Positions 36,037-50,155 are shown, counted from the first letter of the whole stretch. The stretch: 63,520 nucleotides of DNA, filler included, from Octopus bimaculoides (GCF_001194135.2; 8 parts of 8 records of this genome joined end to end with filler, not necessarily neighbours in it); one strand, 5' to 3'. Program-made: numbers and translations. Notes: generated by a model not told the origin, from the letters alone.

Positions 36037-36908
36037 TATACACATACACATATTGATAGTGTTATGAGTCTGTTTATGTGTGTGCGTATATTTCTAGATA
36101 CACGTCTTTATGATTCTCTACCTGTATATTCGGGTTTATGTATGCAGGTTTGTGGCAATGTTTCTCTGTACGAAACAACTTACCCCCCTGCCCTCTATTA
36201 CACGCTCTACTTCGCAGTACACATATATTAAAAACAAAAAACACACAGAGGAGAGATGAGACACAGAGAGAGAGAAACAGACACACACACAGAAGAAAAA
36301 GGATACACACACCAACTGTTCAACCTCGCATGATGTCATCCTTACTACACACCCTCGTTCAAATAGAAGCAACCCATTTCACTCTGCAATCGATGACCCA
36401 TATTGAACTTCAAATGAAAAATGCTTTAGCCAAAAACTTTAATTAATCTCTCATAATATTATTTTTTCTCATTCCTTTTAATATCCAAATTGCCACTCTT
36501 AGATAAAAATCTTATTTATCTAGACCTATATCTTTTATGACCAAATTTTTTATTTTTTAAATTAATATACACACACACATACGTACATAGGGATGTCCAT
36601 ACAAGCACCATTTACATTAATAATAAAATAAAAACATAAGAACTGAAACCTCCATCGCCGTAAAAATATTTAACAACAGCATACCGTACGCCATACATGC
36701 TACTTTGAAGCCAAACCCAACACTACTAAATATGACATCCATTTCTCATCCATAAATTTTCTATACATTTCCATATTTCGATGATTTAGTATCGAACTGT
36801 CTAATCCCATTAAACAATCTTTAACCTGAAACTAAATTGATCACTCTCTTCCCACCTCTCTCTCTCTCTTTATCTCTCTCTATCTCTACCTCTATCTATC
36901 TAACTCCT

Positions 36909-36946
<38 letters not shown>

Positions 36947-37479
36947 TCTCTCTATTTCTCATTCTCAGAGTTTGAAGTACCAAATGCAACCCAGAAACCC
37001 AATTACTTCGCCAATTTTTGTTTCATCTTTTATCTTTCATCTCTGACTTGTTTCAATAAATAGACTACTGCGGCCATGCTGGGGCACTGCCTTGAAAAAT
37101 TGGTAATGGGTGTATATGCATATTTCTGGAGTTATTTCTCCAGCACCACATCAATATATATATATATATATATATATANNNNNNNNNNNNNNNNNNNNNN
37201 NNNNNNNNNNNNNNNNNNNNNNNNNNNNNNNNNNNNNNNNNNNNNNNNNNNNNNNNNNNNNNNNNNNNNNNNNNNNNNNNNNNNNNNNNNNNNNNNNNNN
37301 NNNNNNNNNNNNNNNNNNNNNNNNNNNNNNNNNNNNNNNNNNNNNNNNNNNNNNNNNNNNNNNNNNNNNNNNNNNNNNNNNNNNNNNNNNNNNNNNNNNN
37401 NNNNNNNNNNNNNNNNNNNNNNNNNNNNNNNNNNNNNNNNNNNNNNNNNNNNNNNNNATATATATATATATATATATAT

Positions 37480-37650
37480 ACACGATAGGTTTCTTCCAGT
37501 TTTCCGTTTACCAAATCCACTCACAAGGCTTTGGTCGGCCCGAGGCTATAGTAGAAGACACTTGCCCTAAGTGCCACGCTGTGGTAATGAACCCAAAACT
37601 ATGTGGTTGGTAAGCAAGCTACTTATCACACAGCCACTCCTGAGCCTAAA
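37480..37650 (-). mobile_element. SINE family B, 5' half
   Basis: Reverse of the CORE-like TTAGGGCAAGTGTCTTCTACTATAGCCTCGGGCCGACCAAAGCC box. Confidence 0.85.
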
Positions 37651-38511
37651 GCACATAAACGGTACATTTATTTTTTAAAGACGGGCTTGCCATAAGGTTT
37701 AATGCACTAAGAAACTTTCTCTTGCACAGGCATAGCAGAAACTGGCAGGAATCTAATGCACCCATGCGGCTTGTCCGTCATCAAAAATGATACATACAGA
37801 TACACACGGATATATCGGTTTATCAGATAAATTCATTCGGAATTTTGGGGGAGGGGAGATTTTTTTATTTTATCTATTCCAGTTCCTTCCAATGTTATTT
37901 GAATTAACATAAAAAATAATTTATCATAGCGTATTTTTTATGCTTGTTTTTTTTTAGATTTGGGGGTGGTTTTTGTTTGGTGGGTTGGTTGTGGTGCTTT
38001 ATAGCTCTATTATTTCTCTAACACTTTTGTTTATCTTGTTTGAATTTTGAATATATTTTTATCTTTTCAGACGCATGAAGAGTCGAGTGCAAGTAAAACA
38101 AAACGGAACCGACAAATCTATTTGTCAATTCAATATATACATGCAGACAAATAGATAGATAGACAGACAAACAGACATAATTATCGGAGCATTCGGTTAA
38201 GGGATTGACTACCTCAGCGCCAATAACGAGAAAATGAGTCCTACATGACCAATAAGAAAATGCCTACATCGAAGACTATAGCTATTAAAGAAAAATCCAA
38301 ATTTACTTTGTACGGTCAAGCAACCCAATCTATCACGCGGGAGACCGATGTGGGCGCTTACTTTCAAGGCGGTGCCCCAGCATGGTCGCAATTAAAATGA
38401 CTGAAACAAGTAAAATATATGAATAGCCATCTACGCCTGTGCCTACGAATATTGTGCACATACATGTGTATATGCATATCTATATACGTGCACATATAAT
38501 ATATATCGTGT

Positions 38512-38672
38512 AGGCGCACGCATGGCTGTGTAGGCTCTGGAATGGCCAGCGTTAAGAAGTTCGCTTCTCAACCACATGGTTCCAGGTTCAGTCCCACCGC
38601 GCGGCAACTTGGGCCGACCAAAGCCTTGTGAGTGGATTTGGTAGAAGTAAGCTGCAAGAAACCAATAGTATT

Positions 38673-38713
<41 letters not shown>

Positions 38714-38935
38714 GTGTGCGTATGTGTGTAAGCGAGCGTGCGTGTATGCATGTCTTTGAATATGTGTTTGTCCCCATCACTACCTGACAACTGATGTTTG
38801 TATCGTTTCGTCACCGTAACTTAGCAGTTCGACTTAAGGAACAGATATAATAAGTGCCACCCTTGACAAAAAAAATACTGGGCTCGATTCGTTTGACTAA
38901 CATTCTTCAAAGCGGTGCCCCAGCAGGGCGTCAGT
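38512..38935 (+). mobile_element. SINE family B, near full length
   Basis: tRNA head (..GGTTCCAGGTTCAGTCCCA), central (TG)n, GTAACTTAGC body and 3' tail. Confidence 0.8.
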
Positions 38936-38992
38936 CTGGGCGGGGTGCATTCCTACCTACATGCTGGTACATACTGTTACATACTGGAACAT

Positions 38993-39043
<51 letters not shown>

Positions 39044-39061
39044 CAAACACAAACACACACA

Positions 39062-39125
<64 letters not shown>

Positions 39126-40439
39126 ATACATATCTACATGCAATTTTTACCTGTCTGATGTTGTCTGAATTCCAACAAAAGAGTCTTGATTGTAAGCGAG
39201 AAAGCTCTTTATCCCGGAGATATTTGAAAGGTTAAGCCAAGAAAACTTACAAAAAATACATGCATATACTTACATATATACACATATACGAGATACAGCA
39301 TGTTCGGTGAAAACAGATTCGACGTAAACATTGTCTCGAAATCATAGTGGTCGAAACACACATTTATCGAACACAAATTTCCCAGCATCAAATACATACA
39401 AAGCCTTATCATCAAAGAGAATAGTCTACGAAGTCATAGATTAAAAAAATAATTGATAAATAAATAAAACAATATAGAAATTTATGAATACTTATTGCCG
39501 GCTTGTTGTTTTACACATCTTATTGGAATTTTAAAAACGATAAAAGCCAATTATTTTTTAAACGAAATATATTTTCAAATTATTCTTAGGCTGAAATTTC
39601 TAAGCGGTGAGGTATTTTCTTCTTTATCTCTTACATATTTCAGTCATTGGACTGTGTAGCCTCACTTCTGCTCCACCTCCGAGAGTTTTAGGCGAACAAA
39701 TCGGCTTCGCTACTCTTTTAAGTTATTCAATCGATTTCCTGTGCTGAACTGCTAGGCAACGGTGTTTTGAAGCGGTGGTGGGGGACAAACGCAAACGTAT
39801 GTCTGTCTGTCTGATTTATACCGTTGTTGCGATGCAAGGGGGACTCGATCAACCCCGGCTGAGTCAACTAAACGAAGAGGTGTGATGTCGAAAGACCCGA
39901 GACCACGATACCCTCACCCCACCTTATTTTTTCTTACATTACCCCCCCCCCATTTGACTTCTATTATTTTTGTATTATTATTGGTGTATTTTACATTGTT
40001 TTCTTCGTATTTTATATTGTTTTAACCACCAACTTCTTTCTTCTTTGATCCTCACCTTCTATCTCATATACGCTAGTCATGTGTATTTAGCATTCACTCT
40101 ACCCTGAATTGTGGCACAACATGGACAGATTTCGGAATACCGATGAACTTTTATGNNNNNNNNNNNNNNNNNNNNNNNNNNNNNNNNNNNNNNNNNNNNN
40201 NNNNNNNNNNNNNNNNNNNNNNNNNNNNNNNNNNNNNNNNNNNNNNNNNNNNNNNNNNNNNNNNNNNNNNNNNNNNNNNNNNNNNNNNNNNNNNNNNNNN
40301 NNNNNNNNNNNNNNNNNNNNNNNNNNNNNNNNNNNNNNNNNNNNNNNNNNNNNNNNNNNNNNNNNNNNNNNNNNNNNNNNNNNNNNNNNNNNNNNNNNNN
40401 NNNNNNNNNNNNNNNNNNNNNNNNNNNNNNNNNNNNNNN

Positions 40440-40474
<35 letters not shown>

Positions 40475-40517
40475 GTCTGTATGTACGTATATACACAGAG
40501 TCAGACAGACAGAAAGA

Positions 40518-40745
40518 CGGTGAGCTGGCAGAAACGTTAGCAGGCCGGGTGAAATGCTTAGTCGTATTTCGTCTGCCGTTACGTTCTGTGTTCAAATTCC
40601 GCCGAGGTCTACTTTGCCTTTCATCCTTTCGGGGTCGATTAAATAAGTACCAGTTACGCACTGGAGTTGATATAATCGACTTAATCTCTTTGTCTGTCCT
40701 TGTTTGTCCCTTCTATGTTTGGCCCCATTGTAGGCAATAAAGAAA
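40518..40745 (+). mobile_element. SINE family A
   Basis: Full head and body match. Confidence 0.85.
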
Positions 40746-40798
40746 TAAGAAAGACAGAGGTAGACAGACAGATAGATAGATAGATAGATATTTGCACA

Positions 40799-40836
<38 letters not shown>

Positions 40837-41372
40837 ACTTTCGTATTCTTCTTTAACCATACGCATAACCTTATATTTATATCTACTTCTTTTATTGATC
40901 CATTCAATTTTTCTCTTCATTTACAATATCCTTAAAGATTTCTAACATTCTCCAATCCAGTTTTTTCTTGTTTCACTTGTTTAAATTACAAGACTTTCTG
41001 CTCAAATTGATTGTTTGTGCGTCGTCATCTACCGTTTGTCTATTTAATTATTTTTTTAAAATTTTATTTTATTCTTTTTGCTCAGTTTTTCATATCTTTT
41101 CTTTTTTGTCAATATCCATTTTTCGTTTCCATACATTTTTTTTAAATATTTTTCTTCCACTTGCTTTTGTTATTCTTATTTTTCTTCTTCTTCTTCTTCC
41201 TCTTCTTTTCTTTCTTTTTTCGCCTTCTCCTTTCTCTTCCCCTTCTTCACTTTCTTCTTCTTCTCCTCCTCCTAAGCTTGCTATCATTATTGTTGTTGTT
41301 GTTCTTCTTATTGTCATTCTTTTTCTTCATCGATTTACTGTTACAACTGTAAGAATTGCCATCACCACCACC

Positions 41373-41403
<31 letters not shown>

Positions 41404-41509
41404 TTACTACGACTACTACTACTACAACTACTATTTCGTTCTCACATTCATGAAACGAGTATATACACGCCTACATATATATATATATATACATATATAT
41501 ATACACACG

Positions 41510-41551
<42 letters not shown>

Positions 41552-41638
41552 AATATATAAGCCTACGTGTATACATATATATACATACAAGTGTATGTAC
41601 ATAAATACATACATACATACATACATACATACGTGTGT

Positions 41639-41709
<71 letters not shown>

Positions 41710-41930
41710 TGTGTGCGTGTGTGTGTGTTTGTAGGTATGTATATATTCAATATTAGGTTTTTCAACAGAATGCTGAACAAAAGATGTTTGGCAGTCTTGA
41801 TGACGATGACAACGCCGACAACAACGAGTCTGGTAAGGAGGGGGAAAAGGAAGAAGAGGGGGAAGAGGGGGAAGAGGAGGAGGAGGAGGATATTAATGAT
41901 AAGGATTACGACTATGATGACAACTACCCC

Positions 41931-42350
41931 GAGGGAGCGAGCTGGCAGAAACGTTAGAATGCCGGGCAAAATGCTTCACAGTATTTCGTCTGTCTTTACG
42001 TTCTGAGTTCAAATTCCGCCGAGGTCGACTTTGCCTTTCATCCTTTCGGGGTCGATAAATTAAGTACCAGTTGCGTACTGTAGTCGATCTAATCGACTAG
42101 CCCCCTCCCCAAAAATTTCAGGTTTGTGCCCTGAGTAGAAAAGGATGGTTAGTTAGCACGCCAGACAAAATGTTTAGTGTTATTTCGTCCATCTTTACGT
42201 TCTGAGTTCAAATTCCACCGAGGTCAACTTCGCCTCTCGTGATTTTTGGATCGATAAAATAAGTACCAGTTGGACTTTGGGGTTGATGTAATCGACTTAC
42301 AGTCCTCCCCCAATCGAAATTACTGGCCTTGTGGCAAAATTTGAAACCAA
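41931..42350 (+). mobile_element. Two tandem SINE family A copies
   Basis: Head-to-tail copies at 41931-42145 and 42146-42350. Confidence 0.85.
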
Positions 42351-43121
42351 TATTAACGGGTTCTAGTTTAGTTATATGGCCAACAGGTTTGAGAGGAGGG
42401 TTGAATACCAGTGGATACCAGTACTTGACAGGTTTTGTAACGTATCGCTCAATACTTGACCCGTACTTCATTTTATCGACACCGAAAGGATGAACTGAGA
42501 ACGTAAATAACCGGAGAAAATTCTATAAAGCTCTTGTCCGACGGTCTGGCGTTTCAGCCAACTAACCGCCATCATAACTGGTTCCGATTGTGGGGGAATT
42601 AATCAACGAAATCGACCCCAGGTCTTCACTGGTACTATTGTTTATCACCCTGGCAAAATAAAATGCATAGACAATCTCAGAAACGTTAAAAAATCCTGGA
42701 ACGAAAGATCACAACGCATTTGGCAGATAGTCTAAAGGATCTGCTATTCCGCCATCTGTCTCTACCCCCACCGTATCGTATCATTTATTTTGCAACCGGG
42801 ACTTGTTTATACAGCGTATAAGAGAGAAAGCTTAGAAAGACCTATCAGATATATTTATCGTATATATCTTGCATCTGTTAACTGCTTCAGTCAATGGAAA
42901 ACAGTCATGCTGGAGCACTTATTCTCTAGATCTGGCTCTCTTTTGCCCAACTTCAACCCTGCACGGGACTGGGGACGGAATCAAACGAACACCGGTTGTC
43001 AAACGACAGTGCGGGTCAAACACAAACACACGCAGAAACTTACACACTCAGACGCAAGCACTCACACACACACACATGTATATATGTATATCTATGTATG
43101 CATGTATGTTTAATGTGTATA

Positions 43122-43153
<32 letters not shown>

Positions 43154-43253
43154 NNNNNNNNNNNNNNNNNNNNNNNNNNNNNNNNNNNNNNNNNNNNTTA
43201 ATTAATTAANNNNNNNNNNNNNNNNNNNNNNNNNNNNNNNNNNNNNNNNNNNN

Positions 43254-43640
43254 GGTATGTAGCTTGCTTAACAACCACATGGTTCCGGGTTCTTTCCTAC
43301 TGCGTGGCCCCTTGGGTAAGTATCATCTACTATAGCCTCGAGCCGACCAAAGCCTTGTGAGTGGATTCGGTAGACGGAAACTGAAAGAAGCCCGTCGTAT
43401 ATATGTATGTAGACATGTTTGTGTACATGTTTGTGTGTCTGTGTTTGTCCCCGCAACATCGCTTGACAACCGATGGTCGTGTGTTTACGTTCCCCGTAAC
43501 TTAGTGGTTCGGCAAAAGTGACCGATAGAATAAGTACTAGGCTTACAAAGAATAAGTCCTGAGGTCGATTTGCTCGACTAAAGGTGGTGCTCCAGCATGG
43601 CCACAGTCAAATGAATGAAACAAGTAAAAGAGAAAAGAGA
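43254..43640 (+). mobile_element. SINE family B (CORE-like), near full length
   Basis: tRNA head, TTGGGTAAGTATCATCTACTATAGCCTCG box, body and GAAACAAGTAAAAGAG tail. Confidence 0.9.
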
Positions 43641-44080
43641 TATGTATGTATACACACACATACACACACACACATACACACACACATACACACACATGTA
43701 TATGAAAAATGGATTAACTACTGCAAGACGTACACAAGGAGAGACACTAACTCGAACCCTTATACTTCATTAGTTATCGACCGAAGAATAGTAATACCTA
43801 GTTACTTATATGTGTGTGTGTGTGTACTCACTGATGTACGTACTTATATAAATCCATCCATGACCGCTTTGCGTATATGTGTGTGTATGTATAGATACAT
43901 ACATATACACACGCATACATACATACATACATACATACACACGCACAGATACTTTCATACGTACGAGTATTAGATGGAAAGGAAATTTTGTTGACTGGTT
44001 GATTCAGAGTGAATATAGTGCAAAATAAGAACATATATACGTGTATGTATGTGTGTCTCTGTGTGTTCTGTGCACGTACA

Positions 44081-44129
<49 letters not shown>

Positions 44130-44378
44130 GACACACTCATACGTACATGCATAAAATTGTATATATAAATGCATATATATATGTTTGTGTGTGCGCGGTA
44201 TATATAAATGTGAGTGTGTGTATACATGTACATATATTCGTATCTCTATATATATGTATGTATATATATGTCTAAATATGTATGTGTTTTATGTATGTAG
44301 TATGATTATAATTTCTCGTCTCATTCTCATTTTTCTTTCATTATTTTTACTATTCTTATTTTATTATTACTATTATTA

Positions 44379-44439
<61 letters not shown>

Positions 44440-44888
44440 TATTATTATTATTATTACTATTATTATATTACTATTATTATTATTGTTATTATTATTATTA
44501 TTATTATTATCATTATTATTATTATTACAATTATTATCATTATTATTATTATTATTACAATTATTATCATTATTATTATTATTTTTATCATTACTACAGT
44601 TTTGCATAAATAAAGGGTAAGTTATTGTATATTTATACGAAGTTAAATTTTCATATAAAAATGTCAATATACACCTGTCGCAAATAAATAGAAACATATA
44701 GATAGACATTCATGTGTGAATATGCGTGTGTGTGCATGCATCTGTTTGATTGTGTATGTATATGCAAGCATCAAATGACACGCTTGTAATCTGTACGTGT
44801 GTGCCTCTGAGTAAAAAATATATACGGGAGTGTACGTTATGTTTTGACGTTTTCTACTTCTGATTGTGTATAATTATACACACATGCA

Positions 44889-44954
<66 letters not shown>

Positions 44955-46811
44955 TATACATATATCTATATATCTATNNNNNNNNNNNNNNNNNNNNNNN
45001 NNNNNNNNNNNNNNNNNNNNNNNNNNNNNNNNNNNNNNNNNNNNNNNNNNNNNNNNNNNNNNNNNNNNNNNNNNNNNNNNNNNNNNNNNNNNNNNNNNNN
45101 NNNNNNNNNNNNNNNNNNNNNNNNNNNNNNNNNNNNNNNNNNNNNNNNNNNNNNNNNNNNNNNNNNNNNNNNNNNNNNNNNNNNNNNNNNNNNNNNNNNN
45201 NNNNNNNNNNNNNNNNNNNNNNNNNNNNNNNNNNNNNNNNNNNNNNNNNNNNNNNNNNNNNNNNNNNNNNNNNNNNNNNNNNNNNNNNNNNNNNNNNNNN
45301 NNNNNNNNNNNNNNNNNNNNNNNNNNNNNNNNNNNNNNNNNNNNNNNNNNNNNNNNNNNNNNNNNNNNNNNNNNNNNNNNNNNNNNNNNNNNNNNNNNNN
45401 NNNNNNNNNNNNNNNNNNNNNNNNNNNNNNNNNNNNNNNNNNNNNNNNNNNNNNNNNNNNNNNNNNNNNNNNNNNNNNNNNNNNNNNNNNNNNNNNNNNN
45501 NNNNNTATATATATATATATATATATGCATGTATACATAGGTGAATTATATTCTCTCTTCAGAAGACGTAACTGTGTTGTCAAGTCTCATAAAAACCAGG
45601 CGCAGACTATACAGAAACACAAGCACACACACACACAAACACACATTCACACACAGAGACACATACGCACATTTACACACACGCGCGCATAGACACTGAC
45701 ATACGCACACTCGCGCGGGCCGACACTTCCACAAATAGATATTACGGCAGACAGGTGTGAAGAACATAGTTCTAATGCTTTCAAGAAACCAAAAATCATG
45801 ATGGAGATGGAAGGAGGTTATTAAAGTCAGGAATAATTCGCAGATTCAATCAAATGATTTTGGTAATAACAATTCCATTCTTCTGGAAATGTGGTAATAT
45901 TCGAAGAGGTAACACCACCACCACCACCACAACCAAAACCACCACCGCCTCTTTCATTGGTTCTACTTCACCCTCACCTCACATCCCCACATACCATCTA
46001 CATCTATCTTCAGCTAAGTTTTCTTGTAGGTGTTTCGCATGAACATATGCATGCATATATNNNNNNNNNNNNNNNNNNNNNNNNNNNNNNNNNNNNNNNN
46101 NNNNNNNNNNNNNNNNNNNNNNNNNNNNNNNNNNNNNNNNNNNNNNNNNNNNNNNNNNNNNNNNNNNNNNNNNNNNNNNNNNNNNNNNNNNNNNNNNNNN
46201 NNNNNNNNNNNNNNNNNNNNNNNNNNNNNNNNNNNNNNNNNNNNNNNNNNNNNNNNNNNNNNNATATATATATATATATATACATATGCACATACGTACT
46301 TATACATGTGTGTGCGTGTGTGAGTGTGCATAGGCAAACGCATAGCTATGTGGTTAAGAAGCTTGCCTTGTAACCACGAAGTATCTGGTTTATTCAATCG
46401 ACCCATTGATCGATTGTGAAAAATTGAACACCCTAGAAAATTAATGCTACTTTCGTCATAGTCATTCCTGGTTATAATCATGCAGGGCACTGAAGGAAAG
46501 GTACAGACACGGGCAGGAGAGGGAGGAGAGGCAATAGTTATGAGAATAAGGTAAGCATAAGAGAAATGAAGCGAAAAGGGGTAAGAGAAGTGATGATTTA
46601 TAAGGGGGGCTAAATTGAAGAGAAGAAAAGATAGGATGAGTAGAAGGAATGGAAACAATAGAGGAAGGGAGACATGCATTAGAAGGGACAGAGGATGGCC
46701 GAAATTAAGGCAAGGACTATCATAAAAATATTAGTGTTTGTAAATGGATTATCATACGCGAAAACATTTGCATTGACCTCAGGTCAAATACTATCCAGAT
46801 GGTGATTGCAC

Positions 46812-47435
46812 TTTTTGCTCTCTTGCTTGTTTCAGTCATTTGACTGCGGCCATGCTCAAGCACCGCCTTTAGTCGAGCAAACCGACCCTAGAACTAATTC
46901 TTTGTACGCCTAGTACTTATTCTATCGGTCTCTTTTGCCGAACCGCCAGCTTACGGGGACGTAAACACACCAGCATCGGTTGTCAAGCGATGTTGGGGGG
47001 ACAAACACTTATACAAACATATACATATATACAACGGGCTTCTTTCAGTTTCCGACTACCAAATCCACTCACAAGGCTTTGGTCGGTCCGAGGCTATAGT
47101 AGAAGACACTTGCCCAATGTGCCACACAGTGGGACTGAACCCGAAACCATGTGGTTAGTAAGCAGGCTACTTACCACACAGACACTCAACAAGATCTAAA
47201 TTCATGTTGCTAATGTTTCACTTGGGGGACAAACATATACACGCACATGCATATATATACATATACATATATACGACGGGCTTCTTTCAGTTTCCGTTTA
47301 CCAAATCCACTCACAACCCTTTGGTCGGCCCGAGGCTATAGTAGAAGACACTTGCCCAAGGTGCCACGCAGTGGGAATCAACCCGGAACCATATGGGTGG
47401 TAAGCAAGCTACTTACCACACAACCACTCCTGCGA
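46812..47435 (-). mobile_element. SINE family B, one near-full copy plus a 5' half in tandem
   Basis: Reverse-strand matches at 46812-47188 and 47220-47435. Confidence 0.9.
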
Positions 47436-47986
47436 CTATAAAGTAAAGTTCACCTTGGCCAGATTTGAACTCGTAATGCACAAAGCCGTTATAAATGTAA
47501 GATAACTTTTCCGATTAGTCCACAATCTTCCCAAGTGTGTTGAAATTTGATATAGGCCCCTTGCTCTCATGGTCAACTTTAAATATTGGTTCATTTGTAC
47601 TGTCACACATTGCGATTGACTTTATTTTTATTAAAAAAAGTACTGAATGAAAAATCAACAGTAACTATTTTATAATGGGAAGGTAGAGAAAGCTTTGGTA
47701 AGGATGGATATAAAATAGTGGGAGGGGAAAATCCGAGATTGAAATTAAAAATACTATAAAATAAAAATAAGTTATAAAAACCGAATAAAATCGATGGCCA
47801 AATATAGTCTTAGCTTGAATTAAATTTTTTAAAAACTAAAACATTAAAAAAAAGTTAAGGATTATATATTAATATTCAAAAATTAAAAATTAGAAAATAA
47901 AAAAATTTAAAGAAATTCTAGAAAAATTTTTAAAATAGAAAATATAACAATTTTTAAAAAAAATGTGTTACTATAGAATCTGAAAC

Positions 47987-48078
<92 letters not shown>

Positions 48079-48091
48079 ATCTACTTATATA

Positions 48092-48120
<29 letters not shown>

Positions 48121-48122
<2 letters not shown>

Positions 48123-48460
48123 TAGGTTTAATCAAAAGATTAAATGTGGTACTTAAAATGTTTGTGGCACCAGAATTTGGTAGGGTAAAATCCAAAAACA
48201 AAATCAAGAGATTTGGTGAATAAAATTTGAAGAAAAGCAACAAAAATTCAATAGGTTATAGCAGTACGTACGTTTCATACAAACTTCATTTATTTATGTA
48301 GTGAGAACATGACTTTCTAAAATGAAATTCCATTATGCAGCTGAGGAGTACATTTTCATTGCACATCTCATGTGGTGTTCTCACTACATAAATAAATGAA
48401 GCTTGTACGAAACGTACGTACTGCTATAACCTAATGAACTTTTGTTGCTTTTCTTCAAAT
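48121..48460 (+). mobile_element. Penelope-type terminal repeat with inverted arm (family H1-related)
   Basis: 48225-48309 is the inverse of 48376-48460; contains the HHR below. Confidence 0.75.
48337..48424 (+). ncRNA. Type I hammerhead ribozyme motif
   Basis: GCAG-CTGAGGA-GTAC[53-nt loop]GTAC-GAAA-CGTACG-TA-CTGC; palindrome ACGTACGT; triplet GTA. Confidence 0.85.
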
Positions 48461-48489
48461 ATATATATATATATATATATATTAATGAT

Positions 48490-49735
48490 GAAGGGTGTCG
48501 TGTGGACTGCCTCACCCGCGACCTCTACCCCATAATACACTTAAGGACCATAAACCTAATTTCCAATCCAACCCCAAATGCAAGCTGATCAACCCCTCCA
48601 AAAGTGATATAGCTTTCATTAGCAAGCGTATTCTTGATACTATCAACTCTGACATCAGAAGGTCTACAGGGTTAACCAAATAGAGCTCCAGCGCAGCTGT
48701 AATAGACTGGTCTCGCGGTATCGAGAATATATCAGTCTGCAAATTCATCCAGTTGGACATTATCGACATCTACCTTTCCATATCTTAGCCCCCGCTCCTG
48801 AAGGCCCTAGCTTTTGCTCGACAATTTAGCAGCATTGATGATCTTGATATCAGAAACATCATGATTGCCAGAAAGTCAATTCTAGTCCAGACGATTACTT
48901 CTGGATGATGAAATAAGGCGATCCATTGTTTGATGTCTCTATGGGGAGCTTTCACGATCCTGAAATCGCCGACCTTGTCGGGTTATTCATTTTGGATTCC
49001 CTTAAGAGACGTACCCAGCCACATATGTCGGCCCTTTATAGAGATGATGGCCTAGCTATCTCAAGTCATATAAATGGCTAAGGCATGGAGAGTTTCAGTA
49101 ATGATATGTTATAAATGTTCAAAGAGTTCAGCCTGTCCAGAATGGCTACTACCAACTTGACTACGGTCCATAAATATTACAAACTCTTCAACCCACATAA
49201 TGTCAAGATAAGCTACTCCTGCTTAGACAGCATCACACGCATCATCAGACGTAATAACGCACCCACATAAACCCCAACCCCAACTGCTACTGCCGAAACC
49301 CTACCACCTGCCGATAGGAGCATCCTACCTCTCAAGGGCTGTAGTATACAGAACCATCCTTACACAATCCGATGGCATTACTAGGCACTACACGGGCATG
49401 ACAACTGATGATTTCAAGGGAAAATATTCCCAGCACATATATTCATTTAGATCCAGGGGGGGGGGGAGAGAACTCCACTTCCCTGTCACACTTTCTCTGG
49501 AGACTTCGTGAACTCAGATACGAAACACCCAACATCAAATGGACTACCATCGACAGGGCGCCTCCATATTCACCCGGCGCCTCTATATTCACCCGGCGCC
49601 ACTAATTGCCAGCTGTACCTCCACGAAAATCTGCATATCATCTACCAATCCGCAGTATCCATCAACAAGAAATACGAGGTATCGTATTACTGTCATCAGA
49701 GGTACACCCTTCTCATAAATTGTAAGCCTCTGGCC
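48490..49735 (+). pseudogene. Degenerate Penelope-like element of a second lineage (RT + C-terminal GIY-YIG), internally deleted
   Basis: TLKDHKPNF.SNPKCKLINPSKS, FIQLDI.DIY.SI, FDVSMGSF...EIADLVG, YRDDGL; EN part F...YSQH.YSF...NSTSLSHFLW.L...IKW..IDRAPPYSPG.TNCQLYL.E. Confidence 0.85.
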
Positions 49736-50155
49736 GCCGACAACCAGATTTTATTTTATTTTATGGTTGTGGTGGTGATGGTGGCTGTGGATGTGGTGGC
49801 GGCTATGGTTTTGGTGCTGGTGGTTGTGGTGGGGATGATGAAGCGTTTGTAGATGTGGTTGTAGTGGTGACGGTAGTAGTAGTGGTTGTGTTAGTGGTGC
49901 TTGTGGAGTTGGTGTTGGTGTTAGTTTGGTGGTGGTGCTTGTAGTAGCTGTGTTGGTGATGGTGGTGGAGGTCGTGGTAATGGTTGTGGTGGTTATGATG
50001 GCTGTGGTGGTGGTGGTGGATTTGAATGTGTTGTGTTTGTTGTTGTGATGGTGGTGGCAGTGTTTGTAGTGTTGGTGATAGTAGTGGAGTGGGATCTCTG
50101 TAGTGGAGTATGGCTCACTTTGAGAAACCTGGAGGAGCCCTATCTTTCTCTTTAG

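Noticed and set aside
39820-39910. GC-rich stretch that can fold into an imperfect hairpin (GGACTCG...CGAGACC)
   Set aside because: No ribozyme or tRNA motif, and no second copy in the window to support it.
49400-49430. CTGATGA...GAAA inside the second PLE
   Set aside because: Lies in endonuclease coding sequence and has no stem I or stem II pairing.
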